A DNA stretch of 61,566 nucleotides, filler included, from Bipalium vagum (lineage: Eukaryota), in the NCBI GenBank assembly GCA_037834085.1. It is 3 parts of 3 records of this genome, joined end to end, with 100 filler letters (N's around TTAATTAATTAA, not from the genome) between each part and the next. Parts side by side here need not be neighbours in the genome. Positions count along the whole stretch, not along the records: positions 1 to 18,359 come from JBBMKC010031711.1; positions 18,460 to 39,012 come from JBBMKC010250261.1; 1 more part is not named here. One strand, written 5' to 3'. The position numbers and the translations under genes are program-made. The notes beneath the pieces are model-generated. The model searched no databases. It saw only the letters and a program-made list of their open reading frames with translations, and was not told the origin of the DNA. This document shows positions 11,851-23,100 of the stretch, piece after piece. Position 1 is the stretch's first letter, and every line of letters begins with the position of its first letter.

Positions 11851-12179
11851 TAAATTTTTATTATTATTATTATTTATTTAAAATTTTATTATTACTTTCA
11901 ACTATTTTAAAATGTTTGAATTTTTACAACGAATTTGTCATTTTTAAATGATGCAAGAAATAATAAAATATTTTGTTAAACTTTTCATATTTTAATTCAA
12001 GATTTATTCCTATTTCTTTTAAATATTGGGTTGATTCATTCTATATTAACTTTAAAGCATATTTTATATATATTATTTGTTTAAGTATTAACAAGTTGCA
12101 CACCATTTGAAAGCTGAGAAAGAGAAGCGTAAGGTACGTTTAATGATATTACGTTATATGTAGTTTGTGTATATTTATT

Positions 12180-13056
12180 TATTCAGAAAACAAGAATAAA
12201 TTCGTATACTTCTGAAACATTACCAGTAGCAGAATTTTAGAGCCATAGATGCTACAAAGAAAAAATGTGAAGTTGAAGGTGAAAAATCAGTGTCCATAAG
12301 AACTGCTCAAAAGTGGTTCAAAAAATTCAACAAGGGTGACATGGACCTCAATTATTATCTTCTCAGTGGACGTCGGCTGAGACAGATAAATCAAAACCAT
12401 TTATGGCTCGTCATCGACATCAACATAACAAGCGATACATACACGTTTCTGAAGTACCTCATGATTTGACGCCAAGTCAAGCTGAACTCCGTTTGTCTAT
12501 CTGTCATCAATTATTAAATAATCCAAATGATGAACGCTTTATACGTCGCATAGTCACGTGCGACGAAAAATGGATATATTTTGATAATCCGAACAGGAGA
12601 AATCAATGCTTGGAACCAGGCCAGAAGCTCAAGGCTGTTCCAAAACAGGGTAGGTTAGGAAAAAAGATCACATTGTGCGTTATACACTTCGAAGTACTTC
12701 CAGATGGCCAAACCATTAATGCTGAGTTATATTCTGCTCAACTCGATCGGATGTACCAACAATTAGCCATAAAATATCCTGCTTTAGTCAACAGAAAGCG
12801 GGTGCTTCTGCAGCAGGATAATGCTCGTCCGCATACTGTGGGAGTAACGAAAAATAAAATTACCCAATTAGAAGGAGTTCAAATTTTACCACATCCTGCA
12901 TTTAGTTCAAATCTTGAACCCAGCGATTATCACCATTACCGATCAATGGCTCATTTCCTTAGAGGACGACAGTTTGAGAATATAGATCAGGTTGAAAATG
13001 GATGTCGTGATTTTTTACTTTCCAAAGATAAAGCATGGTACTGGAGTGGCATTTAA
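12180..13056 (+). mobile_element. mariner transposase pseudogene (DD35D spacing)
   Basis: ORF 12403-13056 carries EVPHDL, TCDEKW, QQDNARPH and SSNLEPSDYH; upstream HTH remnant SVSIRTAQKWFKKF. Confidence 0.92.
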
Positions 13057-13169
13057 ATCTCCAGCAACTTTTATTAAATCAAAAATTGTGGTTGTATTAA
13101 TTTTATTTTTACAAAAAAATTCAAGTAAATCTAAAATTGTTTTTTTTAAAATAAAATTTAGAAAAATAT

Positions 13170-13590
13170 AAAAGTTTTGATAAAAGGTTCAAAATATAAA
13201 TCATTTTTTGTTTTACAATCTTACTATTATTCCTACTTAAGTTTTAAAATAATTCTTTCTTTCAGATTTATCCCAAATTATCATATTCTAAACTATTTAA
13301 AATTGCATCTCTTAATCCTTTTCCAAAATATGGTTCAAAATGAAATCCTGCTCCACTTTTTAACTCTTCTGGTTTCAGTTTTTCAATTTCGATTTCTAAC
13401 GTCATTTTTTCTAAATCTGGTTTTGTGCTTTTTTTACTTTATGTAAAGCTGTAGAAACCCCAGCAAGCGCTCCACCAGCTGCACCTAAACCTGCAAAGAT
13501 TGCTCCAAGAATATAAATTAATGGAATAACTCTACTTTCTCTTTTTTCTTTTTGTGCATCTTTAATTTCCACTTTTATCCAACTAAGATG
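13170..13590 (-). pseudogene. Maverick/Polinton small glycine-rich virion (membrane-active-type) protein relic
   Basis: Manual translation: KEKRESRVIPLIYILGAIFAGLGAAGGALAGVSTALHK, frameshift, LEKMTLEIEIEKLKPEELKSGAGFHFEPYFGKGLRDAIL, then a second LYFEPF motif. Fits the K.GG.LPLI..IFAG..A.G...G / GSGLYL.PY.G.G pattern of Maverick ORFs (recalled). Confidence 0.65.
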
Positions 13591-15481
13591 TCATGAGGTT
13601 TGTAAATTCCTAAAATAGTTTATCATTAAGCCCAATATATATTATTAGAATTAAAATAAAGTTGTTTTGTCAGGAAAAGTTTATACTTAATAAATAAATA
13701 CTCAAGCCAGGACTTGTGGATCAAGTAATTTTTTAATTTCCCGTTTCTTCAATTCTTTTCTTTTTACTGTTCTTAAGCTAAGTAGGACGGTGAAATAAAT
13801 TTTTTTCTTTATTGAGGACCTCTGAGCTTAAGAGCGAGAGAATTTTTCTTAAATAAAGCCTCTAATAATAACAAACCAATTAAAATATTCATTAAGGGCG
13901 ATAATCAAGATTTTGTATAATAACATCATTTTATTACAAATATACCTTGTAAATTTAAATTATCTCAGTTAATATAATTAAAAGTAACCTTCGGCGTCAA
14001 GACCCAGACACAGCTCCATCTATTTTACATCTTTTTAGGATCTTAGCAGTATTTTTGTGTCTATCTAATTTTTCTTTAATAAAATTTCATCTTTTTATGT
14101 CATACTTTGATTGTTGAATATAAGATTTATAAGAAAAGGAATCAACATTTATTTTATCAGACACTTTTTCATCATATTGCATATTAGGTTTTTAATATTT
14201 AAATTTTTTAAGAGCTTCTTTTCTACTCTCCGGGTGTCGTTATTTTGTATTGCATGGGTGTTGAGCTTGTTTTTCGCCACTCATTGACTAGTATTGGCAC
14301 TGTAATTCTTTTTCGCCAATCATCAGCAAGTTAGATTCTTGGTTAAACGTAAAAGAAACAAAAGAAAGTTAACTTCATTTTGCCTTTTTTTGACTGCGTC
14401 GATCTTCTTCCTCTTCTTTCTTCACTTACCTTCTGTCAACATCATCCAAAAGATCAACAAACATATAAAACTTATCTGAGTTCAGAGGGTCTATTTGCCA
14501 AGTCCACCTACACATCACCCATTCGTTTATTCCGAGAAAAAATCCTAGGCCTTAACTCAAAAAACTAAATAAAGTATATTACAGGTAAGAAAATAAACAA
14601 AACCCTAAAATCTTTCTCGGAACCAACGAAGGGTGTTGCAATATGTGTAGAGTTTTTAGAAATTACCCCTCAGAAAAATTACATAGTAATAAAACACCCT
14701 TCACCTTATAAAAATATATAAATAGTCCCACCACTAAAATAAGTAACCCCTCTTCAATGCATTGTGAAGGAACAAAAATAGAGAAACAGTAAGCCGATTG
14801 AGGTGGCTGAGCGGGATGGGGTAGATCTCTTTCGCTGCCCCTTTATGCGTTACCGCTCCTCTTCAATTTTGCCAAAATTTTGGAGAATAAATTTCTTCAT
14901 TTCCTCAATGTTTGGTGCTTGGAACTCGTTAGAGTTTCTGCAGAAATCAACCGGATATTGGGCAATGAAAAACCGCAATTCCCATTTCTGATTTGCCGAG
15001 GCAAAACATTTTGGAGAATGCTGGGCTCTAGCCTGAGATTTTGTTGAGGACCGCTGAGATATTTTATGACCTTTGTCAATAACTCTAGTAGCTCCCACTC
15101 ACCATCATGACAGTTTCCTGTCATGGGGTCCAGTAGATATGCAGCACCAAAATATATTTTTCGGTCAAGAAAATCAACGAGTGCTCCGCATTCCAATGGA
15201 CGGGCCAGATTATTGTTTGTCAGTTAAACAGATTAGCAAAGGTAATGGGCGATAGAATTCTTCCAGCTTGTTTTTCATCAAGGCTGTGGCCGGTCCAGGT
15301 TGATTATATTAATATGGAAAATATTATGAACAAATGAATCAATTATTATTAAAAGAAAAAATACATAAAAAATAATTTTAATTCTATAATATTTATAAAT
15401 TCATAAAAAAAAGTAATATGAAATATTTTTAATGCTTATAATAAAAAAAATTAATAAAATGAAAGAACTCATGCTTTATTA

Positions 15482-16752
15482 TTAGCTCTACAAATATGAC
15501 TCCGCCATTTTTACCCTTATTTAAAATCAAAAAAATACAAAACAACCAAAGCTAATTTTTAAAAGATTTTTATTAAAAATAATTTCCTTCACTCATGACA
15601 ACGTTTTCCCAAAGTTGTGGCAGTTTATGAATGCCATCATAGAAAAAATTCTTAGATTTAGGGGCAATCCAATGATCTAGCCATTTTTTCACATCCTCAT
15701 AAGTCATAAACCATGTGCCATCGAACAGAATTAATGATAATTCGACGGAGCAATGTTTGAAGAGTATGATGGGTGGGGTAAGACATCCAATTTCAACTGT
15801 TTTATAGCCTCATCAATGGTTTTTGCGACATTAGGCCAAGCGTTGTCATGAAGCAATTTTATCTTACCATGTCTATCAGCCAATTCTGGTTATTTGGCAG
15901 CGATTTCTTTGTTTAATTGCATTAACTGCTGTTGATAGCTACTGGTAGTGACGGTTTCACCAGGTTTTAGAAGTTCGTAGTACAGGATACCTTATTGATC
16001 CCACCATATGCATAACAATACTTTTTTCCCATGAATATTGCGTTTTGAAGTTGACTTTTTGAGCTGACCTGGATCAACCCAAGATCTTTTTCGTCTGGGA
16101 TTTGAGAAATATATTCATTTTTCATCGCCAGTTATTATACGATGAGGGAAAGATTTTCTTTTGTTCATTTTGATCAAAATTTCGCATGTGGTTTTTCTCT
16201 GCTCTTTGCTTCTTTCTGTTAATGTATGAAGCACCCATTTTCCCACCTTTAGAATCTTTCCTAAACCGCGTAAACGATTGGAGATTGTTTGTTGGGAAAC
16301 ATTCAATGAAGCAGCTAATTGTACCTGAGTTTGACAGTCGTCTTCGTCCAACAAGTCTTGTAGATCAGGGTCTTCAAATTTTTTTGGTGGATTTCTGTGG
16401 GCATTCTCATTAAGGTTAAAATTGCCTGTTTTGAATTTTTGAAACCATTCCCGACATGCTCTTTCAGCTAAAGAATTGTTACCATACGCTTGTACTAGTA
16501 ATATATATGCTTCGGCAGCATTTTTCTTTAAATTAAATAAAAATAACAAAGCTTCCGCAAATGGTTATTTTCCGGCACAAATGTTATCATCTAAAATAGT
16601 AAATAATTAATGATATGCAAACTATTTAAAAATTATAATTAGCGCTCAAAGTGAATATTATTTAAACAACAACAAATATATACAAAAAATAATTTCATTT
16701 TAATTTTAATTATAAAAAATAAAAACGACGGATTCATATTTTCTAGACCTAA
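15482..16752 (-). mobile_element. full-length (1271 bp) defective mariner with TIRs and TA target sites
   Basis: Left TA|TTAGCTCTACAAATATGACTCCGCCATTTT pairs with right TA|TTAGGTCTAGAAAATATGAATCCGTCGTTTT (reverse complement). ORF 16115-16549 has the HTH, WVLHTL and ITGDEK; HDNA and PHPSYSSNIAP follow after a stop. Confidence 0.95.
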
Positions 16753-17734
16753 TATATCACATTATGTTTTAATTTTAACCGATTTTTTTGAAAACTAGAA
16801 AAACATGAGTACATGATTATTATAAAATTGATCTGAGTTATTTTTTCCAGCTCCAATTTTAAGTGGAACCGAATTACGCTCTAAGAGCAAAAGTTCCACC
16901 TACAATCTAATAGAAAGTTTCATGATGAAAGTACCATAATAAAAAAAATGCAAACTATGATTTAGATATTTCAAATCTACCATAAAAATTGCATGATTAA
17001 TTAAATAATGGACCGATAACATTCTTAAAAAACAAGAAAGGCTATAGAGGGTAAAGACTTATGTAACATCCTAGTAATATCTGTAATTAATTTAAAGTGA
17101 GAATCTATTTTACTATATATTCAATTTTTCATTTCTAATAATGTCTTAATAAATCTTCTACAAACATTTTCTCAATCACAAAATTTTCTACTGAATTATT
17201 AAAAGAATTTGAATCCGACAAAATCTCATGAAACTAAATTTTCATCGAAATTATGATAAATAAGACCAATAAGACTTTTGTTTGTACTTAAGTCTTCAAT
17301 TTTTCCATTTTATTTTTATCTAAGATATTTGATCAAAATTGTTTCACAAATAAGTCTATTGGTCTCATCTGTCTGCTTGTAGAAAATCATAATCTTTATA
17401 TTTTTGGATTAAATTTTATTTCTAAACTATTTCAATTATAACACAATTTCTATAATTATTATACCATCCAAAAATATGATAATGTTTCGTAGTTCCAAAA
17501 TTTGCAGTTCTATTCATTTCATATTTATGTTTCTCTTTAACTATTATTATGATTATTGTAAATTTATTTTTTAAGGCACTATAGTTTTTTCTTCAATTTT
17601 TTTTAGTTAAAGAATTCCAATAAAAATACCAAATATTCGGCTAATATTCTTATTTTAATGTTTTACAATCTTCAGCAGCAAAAAATATTTAAATTTGATT
17701 TAATTAAAAAAAGTTTAATTTTCATGTTAACCTA

Positions 17735-18290
17735 AGGAAACGGTGTATCACTTTTGACAACCGGCCACTAACATTTTAATGTCACAGTCTGTTAACTGTA
17801 ACATCCGATGGTTTAAAGTTAATTCCAGTGGCAATATTCAAAAGGAAATCTGTTCCAAAACAATTGATTAGAAAAGATATCATTGTTGCTGCTAACTTAA
17901 AAAGATGAATTAATCAAGATACTATGAAAATATGGTTAGTCAAAATTTGGAGAAAGCAAAAATAATCATTATTTTGTGAAAAATCCATAATAATGATGGG
18001 TTCCTGTCGATCACATAACTGATGAAGTATATATTTTATTCACCAAGCATTCAAAATTGACTATTATTCCAGAGAGGTTGACAAGTTACAAACACAGGAT
18101 TTGACTGTAAATAAATCATCCAATTCAAAATTACGACCAATATGGTAAGAATGAATGTTAATGGAGTTCATGAATATACAAGATCAGCTAAAATGAAACG
18201 TACATCTTATCATATATGTGACTGGATTGTGAGTGCTTAGGAGCAGGTTTCAAGTATTTGTATTACAAATGGATTTAATAAGAATATACA
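17735..18290 (+). mobile_element. pogo-family DDE_1 transposase remnant
   Basis: TVTSDGLKLIPVAIFKRK, MKIWLVKIWRK, IMMGSCRSHITD, TIIPERLT, QDLTVNKS and HEYTRSAKMKR motifs, with stops. Confidence 0.85.
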
Positions 18291-18359
18291 GTTTGGTCCA
18301 ACGAATTGTCCACCCCTTTAAAAAATCCACAAATTTGTAATTTTGGTAATAAAAGTTAA

Positions 18360-18459
18360 NNNNNNNNNNNNNNNNNNNNNNNNNNNNNNNNNNNNNNNNN
18401 NNNTTAATTAATTAANNNNNNNNNNNNNNNNNNNNNNNNNNNNNNNNNNNNNNNNNNNN
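18360..18459. other. assembly spacer between contigs
   Basis: 44 N + TTAATTAATTAA (stops in all six frames) + 44 N. Confidence 0.98.
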
Positions 18460-18509
<50 letters not shown>

Positions 18510-18526
18510 GAATTAGAATTAGAATT
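18460..18526. repeat. (TAT)n microsatellite followed by short (TAGAAT)n
   Basis: Directly visible at the contig start; likely cause of the assembly break. Confidence 0.95.
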
Positions 18527-20043
18527 AATAAAGAAATATTTTATAAATATATTTTCATATATTTGATTTCACATTTGAAAAAAATATTAAAAATTATTTC
18601 TACAAATATTTATCTATTTTGTTAAGATAAATCTGTTTATCTTTTACACATTTTTTCAACAAATCATAAGCTACAAAAATTTCCCAGATCGATGGAAAAA
18701 ATATTTTTCACAAATTTTCTTCTGCTGATAGTGATATGAAACCCGGGTTTTATAAATCTGGAAATGTGTGAAAAAATGTAAAAATTTGCATTTTTTTAAA
18801 TTTTTCTCTTCTTACTTTGAATTTTTTATTTTCTGTCTTGTTTTAATAAGCATTATTATTATATTATATTACTGTAATGTAATGATTTTTTATTAACGTG
18901 ATTCAGTTTGTATTCATTTAAAATTGCTTAATTCAACTTCGTGTTGGAACAGAAAATTATACCGAACATCTTTTGTAATATTTTTTTCAAGATAAAATAC
19001 TCAAAAAGAAAATAAGAATAAATATAATATATAATAATTGATATATCCCGATGTTTAATGAATATGCAACATGAGGCCTGGAGAATTTTTTCAGGTTATG
19101 AGTTAAATGTTGTGATCCTTTAAAGACTTTGATTTAATAATCAGAAGATTGATTTTATTCTTGTAAATATTGGTATCAGGAACTGGTGATCCTAAAATGC
19201 TATTAAGATCTTACATAAATTTTTAGATCAAACTATTATAATGAGGAAATTTTTATGTTGAGACCATTGAACCCTGCAGCGATAAAGGTCTGATAACATT
19301 CGTGAAAGGAGCTGTTACTCCGAATGAGAAAGAGAATGAAAAAACAGACATTTTTGTGCTTTTAATTATTAAAATGCCATTGAAGATAATAAAAATAAAT
19401 TTGGTTAGAAAATAACCTTAAAATCATTTTATGATACACCCTTTTTTATAATAAAGTACTTTATAAGACATTTTAGTCATAATAATGACATGAAAATAAT
19501 AAAACCATTTTTCCCACCAAAGTGAAATCCATTATCAACGTTTCTCTTTGTCACAAAGGTGCATTGCCTGTGACATAAATCCATAAATGGGATTTATTTT
19601 CCCTTTTATCTTTTCTTTCTCATTTAATGCATTTAAGAAATTTCTGCTACCGCTTTTCAATTTAGAATATTGTCTATTTTATGATAATCAATTAACCATA
19701 AAATTTTTTAATAGATTTGCACATTTTTCATATATATTTATACATGTTCCCTGATATTTTAATACAGTACTAAACAATCTTGAAGGTAAAGTGAATATAT
19801 TTATATTATATTTTTATATTTATTTTATATCTCTTAATATGACAATGAACTTTTCATAGATTTTTAAATGTTTACATTTTCCAATACAGTACATGAAGAA
19901 AGTTAATATTGATAAATAACAGTATTTTTATATCTCTCTTGATAATTAAGAGTCATTGACAATAGTGAAAAATATCTTTTAAATTGATTAAAAAAGTTTA
20001 ATTTAATTTTTTTAATTTAAATCTTTTTAAATTGAAAAATATC

Positions 20044-20063
20044 TATTAAATTATTATTGTTAA

Positions 20064-20103
<40 letters not shown>

Positions 20104-20121
20104 AATATTATTATTATTATA
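20044..20121. repeat. imperfect (TAT)n microsatellite
   Basis: Directly visible, just beyond the last recognisable PKG donor site. Confidence 0.9.
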
Positions 20122-20140
20122 AAGTTCATCTAAATTATAC

Positions 20141-23100
20141 CTTTTGATTGAATGGGGATTTTATCGTCATCAATTTCATGCCTTCCCATTCAAATCCTTG
20201 AAAATACCTTTGAGAAATATTTGTAAAATTATTTCAAAAAATTTATTCTTTACTTATGCTTTCTTATTTCATTTATTCCACCTTTTCCATTTCCTAGTCT
20301 ATGAATTGGCTGAAAATGACACATGTTCTGAATGAAAGATACTGCTCTGATACTGAGTTTGGAGTTGTGCAAAAGGTTTGCTGTTTCGATGCCCTTTAGG
20401 ATCATATGGTATATTTTCATGGGATCATCGGCAACAAAAGGAGGTCTTGATATATAAGGTTACAATCTTAAAAACAAGGTCATAAAAATCGATTAATTCT
20501 ACATACGAGCCATTAAGTAGTTCATAGGTCAATATTCCAATGGACCAAAAGTCAACTGAAAAATTATGTCCTTTATTCAAAATTATTTCTGGAGCCACAT
20601 ATTCCGGTGTTCCACAGAATGTCCAAGTCTTGCCACCGATTCCGATTTTCTTGGCGAAACCAAAATCACACTGAAATATTGATGAAACATATCTTATCAA
20701 ATTGTTGAGCTTGTCAGCTTTATTATTAAGATAATAAAGATTATAATTTCAAATATGAAATTATCGTCCGTAAAAAAACCGCATAAATTAACGTAAATGT
20801 CTTTTCATAGAGAAACAAAATGGTTTCTATATAACTAATATTATTTCAGAAGGATCTGGAAATAATAGATTGTGACTTTTTTTCCATTATTTTACAAATA
20901 TTATTTTCTTATTCAAACCAATGGCCAGGCTAGGGTAATTAGCATTGAGCTATACTCATACGTTTGATGCTGAGATGAATGCTTAACTACAGAACATTGC
21001 GTTAATTTTAGATAATGTTCCAGGACACAAACAAACTGCTAGTCTGAAATATATTGAACGTATATTTTTGCCACCGATTACGACCGGTATATTACAATCA
21101 CTCAAACTGGAGTTATTCGATCTTTTCAAGCACACTATAGAGTTCAACAAATGAATTTTATTTTAGATCAATACAAGAAAGAAATACACCACGAAATCAC
21201 CAATCTCTTTAAATCTATTTCAGTGAAAGTTGGAATTATATTTATTCGTGAATCCAGGAAAATAGCTAATGAAGTATAATTGATTTAGTTGTGAGAGAAA
21301 ATCACAGTTGCATTTGAATTGAAACAGTTGACGATGTTGCTAATGACAAAATAGCTGAAAAAATAACAATCGCGCAAGCCAAAACCAGTCTTAATATTCT
21401 CAATAATTTTATATTTCGGAGTAAAAATTGTGAAGATTTATTGATTATTTTTGATCATTTTAATAAAGTTAAGAAAAATTAAGAGAAGTATGACTCAAAA
21501 GAAAATCGATGAATGGTTTCATAATGTAATGTGTATTATATATATTTATGTAATTTTGTTATTTTCTAATTAATGTCATCCCTATTATTAAGACCATAAA
21601 TTACGTAGAATCGATGGGGGCAGTAGTGCGATGGTTGACTGTATTGTGATTAGAAAATGAAATCAAATTATAATTAATATCTTTGAATAATGTGCATTAT
21701 GAACAAAATACCAATCACTGATTGTTGACTGTGTATTTTGCAATTTTTTGTGTTTTCTAAATTTTTAATACATGTTGTATTTTGATATTAAAATAAAATT
21801 ATTTCTAATTGCTTCTAAATCTAATTGTTTCTGTTTCTAAATGTAAAATGTGTTTTGATAATTCTATAATAGTCACGGTAAATGTCAGTTTAAAAATGAA
21901 ATGACAAAATTTAAAAATTGAATGACAAAATTTAAAAATGACGTGACAAACCCTGTAATATTATTTTTTATTGTTAATGTACAAGAGAAGTGTGATTTAA
22001 ATACAAAAATATAATAAATTAATATAATTTTTTGATTAAGTGTAATTTTCTTTGTTTAATATTGTATTTCTTGGTTAATTAAAGCAAAATAATTAATCTA
22101 ACCATTTTTATGTATGAATTATTGCCGACAAGGAGATTCTCCGGCTTAAGATCTCTGTAAATGATTCCCTTTCCATGTAAATAGGCCAGTGCTTCAATAA
22201 CACATGCCAAACAAAACCGGGTAATGTTATCATCAAAGTGATTTCTTGAATAAAATTAATAAATATTTTATTTTGTGTTTTAATAATCAATGCATATTAC
22301 ATTTTCATTTGTGAAGACTTGGGTATTTTATTAATTAAATTATTTATTTGTTTTAATTTTTTAATTAATTTTAAGTCTAACGATTTTTTACGGTTTTTAT
22401 TCAATAAATAAAATAATAATAAATTATTAATTATATATATATATAAATAAATTCTGCTGATAAATAAATATTTCCTAAATACAAAATAATAAAAAAATAT
22501 AAATTATAAATAGGTTTTAACCACATTTGTTTAAATGTTTATTTTTTGTAAAATTATTTGACTGATAATAGTTCAATATTAAATTCTTTCCCAAAAAGTG
22601 AACCAAGTGAAATTTTGGCCATATCCATAAATATTCGTAAAATTATTAAAATTTATTCTACAATTTTGGGAAAATATTCTTTAGGTTTTTATGAACTTAA
22701 TGAACCAATTAATTTTTAATAACTTATTTGTATTTAATTCCATTTCTTTAGACCCACAATTATTACTAATAATCTATTATTAACATGAAAAATATTATTA
22801 GTATCAACAAATATTTATTAGTAGAAAATCTGGATTAAAGAGCCGATTTTAATAGATTTTTACAGATTTTATTGGATTTTAAGTGAAAGTAAAAATTCAT
22901 GAACATTATTTACAAGCAGATTAATTTTTTTAATTAAGAATTTATCTTATTCATTTCATTATGAATAAACAAGATTAAAAAGTAAACATGAATTACAAAA
23001 TGAAAGTAAATAATCCAGCTTAATTTGATAATTACAGATTATTCTCCCAGAAATGTAAGCTTAATGAAGCACGGTTGAGGGAGGATATTTAATGTGAATG

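Noticed and set aside
14265-14330. Minus-strand CTGATGA-TTGGC-GAAA with a nearby near-duplicate
   Set aside because: Only an A/T-rich helix III and no credible helix I; better explained as a short duplication.
18404-18415. TTAATTAATTAA palindrome inside N runs (also 39057-39068)
   Set aside because: Identical, centred in N runs and giving stops in six frames: an artificial contig linker, not biology.
18670-19200. Candidate terminal PKG exons after AG sites near 19191 and 18758
   Set aside because: Translations (DHQFLIPIF..., IYKTRVSYH...) lack the NFD and GWD/F motifs of the AGC tail.
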